Shown here: in pieces, positions 39,701 through 57,298 of the stretch
Position numbering within the stretch: the stretch's first letter is position 1
How the letters are laid out: each line of letters begins with the position of its first letter
Source: Paraspadella gotoi
Taxonomy: Eukaryota > Animalia > Chaetognatha
Direction of reading: 5' to 3'
NCBI GenBank assembly: GCA_051294375.1
Contig: CM119266.1
Coordinates: 9,556,538-9,620,537 of the forward strand
DNA length: 64,000 nt
Notes under the pieces: generated by a model
Seen by the model: only the letters and a program-made list of their open reading frames with translations
The model's database searches: none
What the model was told of the DNA's origin: nothing
Made by a program: the position numbers and the translations under genes

Positions 39701-40872
39701 GCGGATTCGGCCAAAGATGGCCGGAGGGGGGAAGCCGAGAGTCCATCGATCTTACCACCACCGTTTCCCGGAACATCGATTCTCAGAGGTTGAGAATAGT
39801 CGGGTCTAGCCGCCGTTGAGTGCACCAGACCCAAGGTCGACGACAGGGGATGACCCACGACGATGCCGCCCGGGGGCAAGGCTCGGTCGCGAGCCTGAAG
39901 CACATCCTCTCTCGGATCCCTGGCGTTTTCTCGTTGCAGCGGTACGTCGGAGAGGCGAGGACGTTTTTGATGAGTCGAGTCTGCGGCGGCAGCGGCAATG
40001 TGGGATGACGGCGCCGCCGCGGGCATCAGGAGTGAAGGATGTAACGACGACGGAGGCACGCGAGGCGATGGTTCTTGGTGGGCGGGCGGTGGAACCTGCG
40101 CGGTGGCAGTCGCCCGCTCCAGGCGAGCGAGATCGGCTTGGTGTAGATTTCCGACCGAATTGGAAAATGTCAAGTTTGGAATGACGGCCACGCGCTCACG
40201 TCGCTGCAGTGAAAGCGACGCCGACTCGACGGGAATAAAATGCGAAGAGGATCCTTCGGTAATTCGTCCCCCGGAAGTTGAGCTACGATAGCTGGCGGCG
40301 GCTGCGGCGGCGGCGACGACTCCGCCGTGAGAACTTGCCGGTGGATGATGATACTCGGGGAGCAAGTGAGGGCGCCGACGAAGACCCGGTTGAGGATAAG
40401 ATCCGGAGAGAGGGCTCTCAAGAGACGACGTTGGAGGATAGTGATTGTGCGACTCAATCCTGAAATAAGAAACAAATTTTATTAGTTGTCATAGTTAGCG
40501 AAAAAAATTTCATTATCGAGCTAGATAGGCCCCTTACCTCGAGCTGTAATGCTCCCCAGGTTGAACTTCATGGGATCTCTCGTTCCTGACTGAAGGATTC
40601 GCCGAGGAACTACTTCGATTGTCAACGACGGCGCTGCGATGGGCGTAGTCTGGCAAAGTAGTGGCGTGGTGATAAGCGGTCGGATAACCGGGGATGTAGT
40701 AGCCGGGACTCGGGTTGACGCCGCCGGGCAGAGAGGAGCGAGAGTGGGCGTGTCCCGGACCGGATGCGTGGTTCGACGACGAAGACGACGCCGATGATAC
40801 ATAATGTCTGCCGGAGCCAGAAGTCGAAGTTCCGGACGGAATCCGTCCGTGACCTCCGTCTTTGTGGTACAT
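33760..40872 (-). CDS. NCOR1: Nuclear receptor corepressor (NCoR/SMRT/SMRTER family)
   Basis: YVPQVEAISPTP; GPS2-binding coiled coil; PLYNQP; SANT/DAD (HPKNFPIIASHLERKTVQDCILFYYQSKK); second SANT; GSI motifs; CoRNR-like LIDAIITKSI. Exon 1 is 40872-40538 and exon 2 is ~6.7 kb. Confidence 0.93.
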
Positions 40873-41234
40873 TTTTTTTTGTTTTTGAGTTTTTTCTCGC
40901 CTCAATGGGCGAATATCACTAACGCGACGAACGAAGAAGGACTATGAAAATTGATAGAGGTTCGAAAAAGTCTTCGAAAAAAGTCTACATGGTGACGTTT
41001 TTTCGACGCTGAACATTCGCCTTCGGTGGTTGAAGTCAAGTCGAAGTGTCACGATTGTTTGATCAGTAATAATGGATGGGAGCAAAACTAGAGCAACATC
41101 TCTAAGGAAGAACAATAAAAATACGGTAGAATTAACAAAGACATGGCATTGAGTCATAAAACATTTTGTGGGGAAAAAAAATTGTTTTTCAAGGAGTCAG
41201 ATTCCCAAGATTCCCAAGTTTTTCATATCACGAC

Positions 41235-45532
<4,298 letters not shown>

Positions 45533-45695
45533 GGTTAACCTTGACTAAAAATAAAACGTTCGAGCAACGTGATAAAAGTCAACAATAACAGCATTGAGCG
45601 GCATGTTACACGATAATGGTATAAAAAGATGAATGGCATATATCTTCCAATGTATAGATAGATGGAGAAATAAAACAACAACAAAAAACTTTGAA

Positions 45696-47459
45696 TCACA
45701 TCATGAAGCTATAGGCTTTCAATATGGTGGGCGTTATCTTGGACTTGATCTTGCAAAAGCATTTTTTAAACTCGAGCCCGTCTCCTTTGGAAAGTCTGAA
45801 ATCGCAGAGAAAATCCTTGGACTCGATTTCGATGAGAGTCGCCTTGAAGACGAGTGCCTTCTTTCTTCTGTCCGTAGTCGAGACAGTAAAGGAGTGGGCA
45901 TTGGTCCGCTTAAACGTGAACTCGAGTGACTCGAAGACTTTGACCAACTCTGCGGCCACTTGCTCCAACTGGGCCGTCAAGACGAACCGGGTCATCCTCT
46001 TGACTAGCCTCTGAAGCGGCGTCTGCGACGCCTGAGAGTTTTGCGTCCCGAAAATCTGGGAGGAGATGAGCATGTGATCCAGCGTAGCCGGCTGGGAAAA
46101 GCTGATAAGGTCGGGTTCGATCCCGCTGGTGTCTCCGCTGATGTTGGGATCTTCCTGCGCGCGAGAGACAGCCGCTTCTGGCTGGGACACGGCCATCGAC
46201 AAAGATCCGTCGAGGGAATTGTCCCGACTCAAAGAATCCTCGCCAGAGCGGCGCCGCTTAAAAGACGGGCATTCGCCGCTCGGCGACGGCGGACGGCGTT
46301 TAAAGGCGCCGGGGTTCTCCCACTTGCGCGACTGAAGGTCTATCAACATCCATCGGTGCTTTTTTATCTGATGGATGTTGAACCGATCCTCGGGCTCCTC
46401 CACCAACAAGTTCCGGACCAGAGATAGGGCGACGTTGTCTAGTTTAGTCCACGGGGGAAGAAATATCTTATGGTCCTTCCAGTCGCCGAACTCTTTGTTG
46501 CAGGGGCTGGGCGCGTCCCAGGGAAGCTCCCCGGCCAGCATGGCGACCAGAATGATGCCACAAGACCAAATGTCCGCGGGTCGCGCGTGAAACTCGCCGC
46601 CTTGCAGAACCTCTGGGGCGACGTAGGGCATTGTGCCGCAACACTTGGCCAACTTGCGTTCTTTGTCTCGAAGACGGAACATGGTGGCCATGCCAAAGTC
46701 CGTTAATTTTAGGTTGTCATTGTCGTCGAGGAGAATGTTTTCAGGCTTGAGGTCTCTGTGTGTGATACCCATGTCAAAAAGATACTCCACAGCCGAAAGG
46801 AGCTGATGAAAGTAGCGTTGTGCCTGGGGATAAAGATTTTAGTTTTCTAATAAAAAATAATAATTAAGATTATAATAACGCAAAATATCAACTAGTAATG
46901 AATTAATTAATCATATTAACACGGTAAAATCTAATAATAATAATAATAANNNNNNNNNNAATAATAATAATAATAATAAGCGTTTTGACGAGTTTTTTTA
47001 AAAACATAATTCTTACCGATAATTATGAAAAATTACTATTTACTAACCGCTGCAGGGTGCATCCCCAGATCGGGTTCAATTCGATCGAACAACTCTCCGC
47101 CGCTAGCGTATTCCAAAAACATGTACATAACTAAACCTTCTTCTCGTTGACCGTAAAAACGAATGCAATTAGGATGATCGATTCGACGGTGAATGAGCAC
47201 TTCTTTTTTGACTGATTTCACCGCTTCGCTGCTCTGAAGCCCAAGGGATGAAAATATTCTTCTTCGAGTTTGAAAGTTTCGAATAATTAAAGGGCGATGA
47301 TCGTCCTTTTTTTACCTGATCTTTTAATTGCAATATCTTGACGGCGACGGCTTCATTCGTTGTTGAATTCACGGCCAACTTGACTTCTCCGTAGGTTCCT
47401 TCGCCCAAAGTTTGAATAAACTGCCAACCCTCGACAAATTCACAGCCCCTTTCGTTCAT
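45696..47459 (-). CDS. CHEK1: Serine/threonine checkpoint kinase 1
   Basis: [23 protein letters not shown] cluster (AVSQP, FSQP), [21 protein letters not shown]. Confidence 0.97.
46933..46979. repeat. (AAT)n microsatellite spanning an assembly gap (N run) in a CHK1 intron
   Basis: AAT repeats on both sides of the N run at ~46950-46959. Confidence 0.95.
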
Positions 47460-47782
47460 TATTATAGTAGCTTTAAAAATAAATAACAGGATGGAAGAAT
47501 AAATACAGCAATAGTACTGCGATGAAAACGGACAAAATTAAAAGTCACAAATCAAAAAGTCACTTAATCGGTAAACTTACAATAGTAAGAAATAACCGTT
47601 TGTAAAAAAAAAATAAAAGAAGGTTAGTCACGATAAAGACAACAAATAAATTCATTACTAAACGCTCAAAGGAAGACATACACAAAATTAAAAATAAACT
47701 TAAAAAATATAAAAGGAGATCGTAGAAATTAAAACGGGCAAGTAAACATTCTCCGATATGCAGTGGCTGCTTAGGGAAAGAC

Positions 47783-50700
47783 TCAAACTTGAACCTCTTG
47801 AACTTCGATAATATCTTTTATCGATTTGAGCTCAGTAAGTTTGTAGGGAACTAAAATCCCGTTAGGAAATCCGCGAACTTCGGCGAGGAGATAACCGCAA
47901 TGTTTGGCGGACCTTTCTTTCACAAATATAGTGTCGCCCTTCAGCAGGGTCCCGATCGAATTGCTATCGCAATGATAGACGCTCTTCATCGTGCGGTATT
48001 GAGGAAAACCTGTTGAGATCAGGTTTTCTAAATAAATCGATATTGATATATTTTATAAATTTTAATTTAAACGTACATGATGCGTATAATAATACTACTT
48101 TTGTGAATGTATGCGTCAAAGATACTATAAAATATTGTTGTACCAATTTCATAAAACGAGAAGAATCTCGATGAAATCCAGTCAGGAACAACAATTCTAC
48201 ATAAAATCTTACCGATTTTCCACTTTCCAGAGACGGAATACTGACGCGGCGGAGGAATGGGCGGAGGCAGGGTCGTCGGCGCCGGAATCATCGCGCCGGC
48301 GTCATCCTCCGGCATCAGCGTTCGAGCCGTCGAGGAGTGACGGACGCGACATGGTTCGTCAACGACTGAAGGAGAATCAATTTCGGAAACCTCGGAGATT
48401 TCCGTCAATTCCGGCAAAGTCAAATCCTCGTTCTTGGTGAACGTTCGATCTCTGGCGAAGGATGGTAAGGCTTTGTGGGTGGGTGGGTGGAGGAGTGGAG
48501 ATTCTCGCCCTTTGGCCAAGAGGTGGAGGGATGACAGGGTGGAGAGGTTTCGCTCGAGGTCGATGCGCGGCGTCGACGGCGGAGAAAAGGGCGGAAGTTC
48601 CCCGGGGGCCAGGGTTCTTTTGAGACCGGAGAAAGGGACAGGGTCGTCGCGGTAGGACGAAGTCGGCGATAGGCGATCGTCTAGACGAAACGGAAAATTT
48701 CGGACGAAGAATCTCTGAATGGTTTTAGCGGCGTGAAAGCGGCGCAGCTCAAGAAGCTCCTCCACCAAATGGCGGAGCCGCTCGCTGAGGAACAAGTGCC
48801 GCCGCCCGATGGCCCACATGGGAAAATCCGAGCAGATGCATTGATTCAGAGTCGTCAAAAGTTCCTGGCAAGCTTCGAGGGCGCCGTCGGCGTCATCGCT
48901 GCGCCGCCAGTCCAGTGGCAAGAGACGCCGGTACCGGGCGATAAAGTCCTTCAATCGCAGACGATGAGCCAGTCCGTTTTGCATAAGGAATTGCGTCTGG
49001 GGAATCTGCATGGCCTTTAGTTGTTGACGGACGATTCCCTTGTCGAACCAGCCGGCGACGCACTCGGTATTGGCCTTGATGCAGCGGATAAAGTGCGGCT
49101 TGGAAAACTCGAGCGTCGCCAGGAGAGAGTCGACGCGTTGCAAAAAGTCTTTAGCCAGCGTTCCGTCGACGGACGCCGGGGTGGAGCCGGAATGGCCCGG
49201 ATGAATTCGAAACTCGGAGCCCTGAGGGCCGCGATCCTTCATAGCCTTGATCTCGTGATTGAAAAGGTGCGACGCGAAACCGAATCGACAAAAGTCGGCG
49301 TGGAACATGAAGGCCAAGTCGTCAGGCAGCGAGTCTCGATTAGATTCTAGAATATGCGCCGTCTCGTAATCGACGTCACTGCGATAGTGCGTCACGCCAA
49401 AGACGCCGCGGTTGTCGTCTGGAAAGAAAAGTCCGGGCTTCTCCGCGTGGACGACCTTGAGTCGATCGAGGAACGCCTCGTCGTAGGAGACGGGGCTCTG
49501 GGCCTCCGCGTCCAGCAGCGAAACCAGATTAAGAGGAACGCGCGTTAGAGTCGGCAGGCAAGTAGAGTTTTCGGCGAAAGATACATGAGTACCGGCGTGG
49601 TCCGTCTGGAACTCTTCCTTGTACGAATTGATGGGAGTCTTGAGGACGTGGCACGTGTAGAAATCTTGAAGCATCTCCGCGCTCATGTTGATGCAAAACT
49701 GCTCTAGGTTGTTGGCGCACGAGTTGGAAGATTTGGGATGGTTGGTCTCGAAGCCGAACATATCTACGATACCGATAAACAGTTCCGGAGATGACGAATC
49801 GGCGCCATTTTTCTTACGGGTCATCGTCCCTGGCTCGTCCTTTGACTTTGAGGAAGACCCACCGCCGTTGGCTCGGCGAATTACGGATTTGAGCATTCGA
49901 CAGTATAGCGTACGTGCCAGTTTGTCCTTGGAACGGTTCGCATCGTTGGGACTAACGGAAGTGTTAAAAACTTGTCCAGAGACGCGGAGACTTCGCGAGG
50001 TTAGCGCCTGATGTAACGTGGCGGTGGAGACGCCCAACAGTTCAGATACTTGTTCGAACTCGCGTCCGCCGACAACCTCGATGGTGCCTGGTGCGCCTCC
50101 GGTGATGAACTTCACCTCACCCAGTAAAAGGCAGGCGGCCAATATGCGCGTCACGTCGGAGAAAGAAATGCCCAGCGTGGTCAGGCAAGAACGCCAAGAT
50201 TGAAAGCGGGCAGAATCTTCCTTCTCTTCGGAATAACTGTAAACCAGGCCACTGTTGAGATATTTCAAATTCGTGGGTAGACGATCGGAAAGGTGAAATT
50301 TGCGTTTCTCATCGGGGGAAAGTCCTAAAAAGGAATTCATTTTTTTTCAACGGGCAAGTGTTATGATAATTTTAAATACTTGTTTATTAACGATTCGAAA
50401 GCCAGGCTCACCAGCTAGCATCTGATAAAAAACGTTGAAATTTCTTTCGTCCCTCCTGAGGCCGGTGAGTCGAGCGTGATCCACGAAGCAGGCGTGAATC
50501 TTCGCCCTGTGAATCGCACGATCCTGGATTTGGATTTCGTAAAAAAATCCAGCCCTCGAGCTTTCTGGGTTGCTGGGGGTTTGAGCCGTCGTCAGAGTTC
50601 TTATCACTTGTAGAGCAGAGGATATGTGCTTAAAAGTGTCGTTTTCGAGACCGCCGCCTGGGGAATAGTATTCATTCATAGGTTTTTTTTCTCTCAATCG

Positions 50701-51051
50701 GTTCATAAAACGAATTGGGATAAAAAGTGAAAACTCACCCGCGCTGGCGAAAATTTCCCGGAGCAGCAAAAGTGAAGCGTGAGATTTTCCGCTGCCGCTG
50801 TCGCCATTGAGAACGACCGTCTGAGACTTGCCCGATTGCGCCGCCTCGTCGAGCACCCGCTCAGCAACTTCGCCCAAGGGACTCGGGTCGGGATCTTGCG
50901 TCGGCGTCAACAGCCATTCGCTGCTCGAACCGAAGGGATTCACGAACAACAAAACGGGGCCGGTGTACGAATAGTTTTCGGATTTGTTGTAGCGAATTTG
51001 TAAAGTTTGAATGAGCGCTTCCTCCATAGCCTCGTACATTGGGGCCTCCAT
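47783..51051 (-). CDS. d: Dachs-like unconventional myosin
   Basis: P-loop GDSGSGKS; dachs-type GGGLENDTFKH..NPESSR; DMFGFE; PHFIRCIK; IQ-like motif; PPPIPPPRQYSV and an SH3-like C-terminus (FPQYRTMK...VPY). Confidence 0.85.
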
Positions 51052-52043
51052 TTTATTGTCGGTTTTTTTTCTAAGGGGCGACTTCTCTGCAATCAAAGAA
51101 AAAAAACTTTATACAAATACTCGGTAGTAGGAAGGAATAGAAACTGATTTGAGGTAAATTCGGTCTTTTCGTGTGATATTAGGTTTTAATAAAATCAAAG
51201 TGACTAATTGGGTAAACTGTAAGTAAAAACCCGATGAATGGCTGTAACACCGGAACGAAACTCCTCTACTAGGAACATGACTACATAAAAAAATACTTAT
51301 TAATCATCACATAAACGGGGAATAAAAAAATCAATACTAACTTTGTTTAATAAAAAAAATTAATGATTCGACAGTGACCTGGGGTCTTTGGACAAAATTC
51401 AAAGCCCAAAAAATATAAGTAAAATTACTTATTTATCTGAAAAATTACTATCCCTTCAAAAGTTCCTAGTAATTCAAAATTAAAAACGAATAAAGACTTG
51501 AGACTGTATAAAACTATATAAAATTTAGATTGAATAAGTCACAATCTATGGCACGAATTCAGTTTGTAAAAATATTGTAGGAGAGAAAACATTAATCCGA
51601 TGTCCAATCATCAGAAATATATATAATAAACAATGCTGGAAGGAACAAGCACATTTTTTTGCTTTTAATCAACAGTTGTGTTGATGTCCTGATCCTTAAG
51701 CAAGAAAATACCCGTGGTACAAAAAGAGGGAAAAACAAATTTTCATTGCTTGTGAATTGCAAAAAATGATTTGAAATGAGTAATTTATGCATAGGATACG
51801 TATTGCGACGCTGATACCCGAGAACAAGATTATAGAAAAATATGCTTAAGAAGTATACTTACATTTAAACAGATAATATATTATTTATGAAAACACTTAA
51901 AACTACAAATTAACACATAATAGAAATGCTTTTTCGTCGAAAATTTGAAAGGGAGATCCTCTTCTATTATGCTTTAATCCGCATTTCAAAAAGATAAGTT
52001 TACTATGACTTAGATTTTGTTATTTATATGCCAATATTCTTGG

Positions 52044-55000
52044 TCATATCGGTGGGAAGTTAATGCCAGGGGTGCCAGCCATGGGATTCGTAGGGTTATG
52101 CGTTTGCATATTAGAGTAGTAAAGACTGAATTGCAGCCTATCTTCAACTTCTCTGCGAGCAGCTTCGAACTGAGGCGTAGTGTCATAATCATGTTCCACC
52201 GTTTTATGGACCTGCAAATAAGTGTTTCAAATTTTTGTAGTTAGGTTCTGAAAACTAAGTGATGAAATAAGTTATTTAAACCTATATCTGATTTAATCAT
52301 CCTAACCATAGTTATTATAGTTTACCGTTTCGGACACAGGGTCGATCCAGACGGCACCCTTGCATTTTTTATCTCTTTTATACATGCAGAGAAACAAATG
52401 CAAGGGATACGGTTTCGACACTGGACGATCGAAAACGTAACGCCATCCTTTGTAGCAAAGCTTCGTCTTTCCCCTTTGAGATGGATATCGCACGATGGTT
52501 TCTGAGAACAAATCAATAATAAATAAACAATACTGGTTGTTAGAACGGATTCGTCGTCTGTCAATTTGACTTACCTGAATTGGGGTCCAAACCCTTTAGT
52601 CCGGCTAAAGCGTCGGCAGTTAAGTTATCTCCGCCCTCCAAGCCACCGCCGACAGCGCCACCGCCGACAGCGCCACCGCCTCCCCCACCTGGGGGCCTTC
52701 CAGTGTCGCGGCTGCCGCCCGGTGGAGGATCGCCGGAGGAGATCCCGAATTCGCCCCCTAAATAGGGATGGGGATGGGCGATTAGAATGTAAGCTCGGAT
52801 TCATAATTAAATCGAGTGAAACTAACCTCGTTGCCCGACTGCGGTAGCGCCGTTCCCACCACTCCCAAAGGCCGATCCTCCGGCCGGGATGTCGTCTTCG
52901 TAATCTCCCATACCGTTGTCGCTCCCAGGGGGTGATCCAGGCTCGTGATGACCTGATAACGAAAAAAAAAACAACCTAAAATCAAAAACCAAGAAGAGGC
53001 AATTTTGTTTATTTAAATCCTAAGGTCTAAAATCCCAAATCCGGAATCTCGATTCAGTAAACTCTATCTCACCAGACGGTGGCGGGATGTCGATTCCTAG
53101 CGGCGGGAATCTCGAAACTGCGTCCGAATAACGGGTCGTCGTTGGGTCACCATGACCGGCGTGGTTGGCCATGTTCGCGCCGTCGGCGCCCGCGATGGCC
53201 TCATGCGGCGACGCGAAACGCGCAGCGCCGACGTCAGTCGACGCGCCAGAATCGGCGCGAGCGCGATTATCGTGGCTCGAAGCCGCCGCGTGATCCGGTC
53301 TGGAGTTCGGTAATGAGCGAAATAAAAATTGAAGGGGGGGAAGATAATAAATAGTGACGTCACAGCCTTTGTTACGATTGAGATGGTTCGGATTTTTCAC
53401 ACCGCGGGAGCGCGAATTAAGCTTCTTAAATGTCACGAATGGCAAACAAAAATCGATTCTTCAGTAAAAAAAAAAAAAAAAAATTGGCGCCGGTCTCATT
53501 TTTTTTCCTACCTCACAAAAACTTCGCTGACGCCGACGTGATTATCGACGGGGTTTCCGGAAGAAGCGGCCGCGGCGACGTTGGCCAACTCTTGCTGAAA
53601 GGCTCGCTGCGCGCGGTCGAAAAACGACACGGCGTGCTTCAAATCGCGGTCGTCGATATCGCCGTCTAAAAAAGCCGATTGGGAGGATTAAGATGTAAAG
53701 AAAATGTTGGAGCAGAAAAAAAAATGGGAAAAAAGAACGAAAGAATGGATGAAACATTTCGGTGGAGGAAAAAATGATAAAAAATGCGTAACATGAAATT
53801 ATAGTGGGAAGTAAAGCGTAGCAAAAATATTAAAATCTAGTTGAATCAAAATTCGAATAGTAGATCACGAACAGGCTTGTTGTACCTGTGAACATTTTTA
53901 AATCAAAAAAATATTTTTTATTTTAAATTTTCGCATACGCCCATATTTATGCATAGTACTTACCATAGAAAATGTTACAATTTTAAAATTGCTTTTCTTA
54001 TTTTTGAAAGCAGATTCGAATTCCTAACGAAAAGTTGATAAAAGGAAATATAACTCTTTTTAAAAAAATTATTTCATTAAGTGGGTCAAAATCCTAAAAA
54101 ACTGTTATAGTTAATTTATAATTTAATTTTAGCATAAAAAATAGTTTTTTTAATTTTTAATTTTTGATTAGGACTCATATTTTCTTTTATCAACTTTTTA
54201 TAAGGAATTTGAATCTGCTTTTTAAAAAAAATTATATATCAATGTTCTTTAGTACAAGACTGTTCATGAACTATTCGAATTTTGATCTGCCTTAGTGGGA
54301 AGAGTAGTATTTAATCATTTACACACCTTTGGTCTCTCTTATTTCTTGAACCTCTTCTTTCAAAAGAGGGTTGGATTCCGTCGTTCCTGAGATGATGGAT
54401 TCCGTTCTGCACGAATAATGCGCAGGAAGAAACCTAAAATAAAGGAGGGGGAAAAAGGGATGGGTCAAGGGCCAAGGTCGGTCTCAACGAAAAACTCTTT
54501 ACGACGAAGGGTGAATGAGAATCACCTGGAAGAGGCGTGATGGCTGTTTATCGTTGTAGCGTTCAAAATTTCCGACGGCGTCGAAGCGGCGTTATTGGCG
54601 AATTGCTGAAGCGGCAGCGGCTGCTGCTCCGGTTTGACGTTGAGCGGCGGGGAGATATCTTCGAGTTCCACGTAGTCATTGCTGGAAGCGGACCTGAGAA
54701 TGCTGGGCTGTTTCGACGAGGATGGCACTGAAGGGGAGGAGAGAAAAAGAAATGAGGATAACGTCTGGAAAACAATACTTGCGAGGGTCGTTTAGAATTA
54801 GCACCGGTTATATTAGTAACAGGACTGAGCAGATGATTCGACGGTTTTAAACCGGGATGAGGAGAGATGTTGGAAGCCACGGCGGGCGGTAGGCTGAGTG
54901 AATTTGAAAGCTGAGGTAATTGTTGTACGGAGCGAGAAGAATCTGAAAATAAAGAGCCGAAACATAAGCCTCATACTCCGGCAAAGCCTAACACGACTTA

Positions 55001-55741
55001 GACTCACCTCTGTCAGAGTTGGCACGCTTCCGAGAGGTTTGGATGGAAGGGTCAGTGCTGGGCGCGACGGCGTGATTGGAAGAGTGATGGCGCGAGCTGG
55101 CGTCACGCTCCCCACGTCCACGATGCGTCTCCGGCAAAACAATCGGGGCCGGCGGCGAGATGGCGCCGCCTGCGCACAATAATGGAGGACGAAAAATTAA
55201 ATTATAGCCTCACAAATAAATTTTAAAAGTTTAATTTTAGGTACCTCCGAGAGGATTGGTGACTCCCGCCTGGGCGGCCAGCATCTGAGATATTTGGTGA
55301 TGCATTTTTTTATGTAACTGAATCTGCATTCGATGGACGTCCTGCGAAGGCGCGTTGGCGGGTGCCGCCGGCTTCGCGGTCGACTTCTTGATCAAAGAAG
55401 AGACGCGTGGGTCGACGTCGAATTCGGTGTCGCCGGGTTCCGGGTGCAGCCGCCCGCTGACGAAGAAATCCCTGAGTTGCTTCCGACCCGCCCAACAACG
55501 ACCCTCCGTGGCAGAGTTGACCATAACGAACACGTCCGCATCTTTAAGAGGAAGTTTGACTCGATAAAAGCGGTAATTTTTTTAAAAATATTTATTTATA
55601 AATTTGTTTATAAACACTTTTAAACCAACCTGTCAAGGAAGAGAGTTTCAAGACTGCCTCCATGAGTATGGTCGTTAAAGAACTTTCGAGAGGCTGACTG
55701 GCCAGGCCGAGAATAGAGGTAGATAAATTGGCTCCCGCCAT
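52044..55741 (-). CDS. Multi-exon protein with a small N-terminal globular domain, low-complexity middle and C-terminal FLYWCH-type zinc finger (internal exons approximate)
   Basis: Exons 55741-55630 and 55541-55244 splice in frame. The penultimate exon gives SQRGKTKLCYKGWRY..LC..KKCKGAVW, followed by VHKTVEH. Stop at 52044. Confidence 0.65.
53845..54286. mobile_element. MITE-like palindromic element in an intron
   Basis: Perfect 17-bp inverted ends (ATCAAAATTCGAATAGT / ACTATTCGAATTTTGAT) and inner inverted arms at ~54007-54051 and ~54177-54222. Confidence 0.75.
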
Positions 55742-55974
55742 TTTTCCCCCCGCTTGTTTCCACAACTCAAAAACTCAAGTGATAAAATCCATCGGACAAC
55801 TTGAGAAACGATTCATGATAAGCAGTCACAGCGCTTATCAATTTTTCGGAGAGATATGTTAAGTTTTTTTCCTGAGATACTTGTAATACTTTTTTTTTTG
55901 AAAAATTAATCGCGGTTGAGCTGAAAATTACAAGTACATTTCAAAATAAACAAAAAGGATTATAAAAGTTGTTT

Positions 55975-57298
55975 TCACTCGTCTTCTTGCCAATAAAAAG
56001 ATAAAGTTGGGACGTCAACGACCTCGGGTGTAGAGTCCAGAGAGTCAACGCACTCTGGCAGTTCCAGCGAGTGATACGACAGAGCCTGACCGGGGAGCAC
56101 GCCGAGCGGAACGCTTCGCCAATCGATCGAATCCTCGTCAACGGCCTCGATCGCTTTATCGTCTCGACTCGACTCGGTCTTTTCCCCTTCGATCCTAAGT
56201 TTAAAACTCGAACTCTTCTCTCCGAAAACGCTGGGCAAGTCGGAGACGAGGTCGATGTCCTTGGATTGCTCATCCCAGTAGGTTATCTGAATCCAGAAAA
56301 AAAACGAAAAACAAAGTCGAAGATACTCATCGTCGTAAATACATAACAGAAAAAAAAAGAAAATAAAAAAAATATCTAGATCCAAGATCGAACTCTGTAA
56401 ACATCTCTATTTCACAACTAAATAAGAGAAAAAACAAACCAACCTTGAGCCATTCGAGAGCCACGGAGACGCCATTTCTCAGCAAATCCATGGACGGGAG
56501 GGCGTAATGCGTGGCTTCGTGACGAATGTTGACCAGCCATTCGGGAAGACCCATCTCGCCGGCCAACATGTGAATTGCTTGAGCAGTTTTCTTTTGAAGC
56601 AACTCTGAAAAAAGAATATTTTCAATACGAAGAAAGCGGACAAAATAAATCGTAAGCTTGATGAAATAACCAATCTCTTTCTTAGCGTATAAAAAACTAA
56701 AACAATTGCCGATTTAATTTAATTACTTGAAAAAACAAACCTGTGGCGAGATTGATGAATCGAACGAGAGCCATCGAATAGGCAAGACGAATTCCGGTCT
56801 CCTCAAAATTAACAAGCTCTTGCGATCGGCATTGATCCATTAGAGCGACTCGCATCAAATCGACGGTACAAATAATCGCCACCGGAAGCGATCGCGGCGA
56901 TCTAGAGGAAGTTAGATATGCGGTAAATAACAGGTAATCTTATTTTTCCTTCTTTCCTCTTCCAATTTATAACATCAGCATCGTCCTGTTCCTCTGAATA
57001 CAAACTACGTCGTAAGATTCTCCCCTTTCTCTCTGACTTCAAAATTACACGGAGGGTTTCCCTCTATTTCCTTAAACTATTGTAACTTTCGATAGTCCTC
57101 AAGTAAAAGTTTCAGATAAATTATATCAATATTAGATAAATACTATATCGGATTCCGAACTGACTTGCTTCTCCACGCGTCGATTCGATCAATGGCGTGT
57201 CTCTGTTTGGACGGAATGGCGGAGAAGAGTTCGTCGCGAACCAAGCACCATTCGGCCGTCGATATCCATGGAACAGAAACCAAGCCAGAATCAAGCAT
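55975..57298 (-). CDS. LAS1L: Ribosome biogenesis endonuclease LAS1-like (short form)
   Basis: VPW..AEW, IRLAYSMALVRFINL, LPEWLVNIRHEATH (HEPN RxxxxH), YW, and C-terminal W..VPLGVLP; four exons. Confidence 0.9.

Noticed and set aside
56902-57166. SL RNA or snRNA in LAS1 intron 1 (AATTTTGA Sm-like word after a GAGGG/CCCTC stem)
   Set aside because: No supportable leader-plus-donor architecture, and the word is common in AT-rich DNA.
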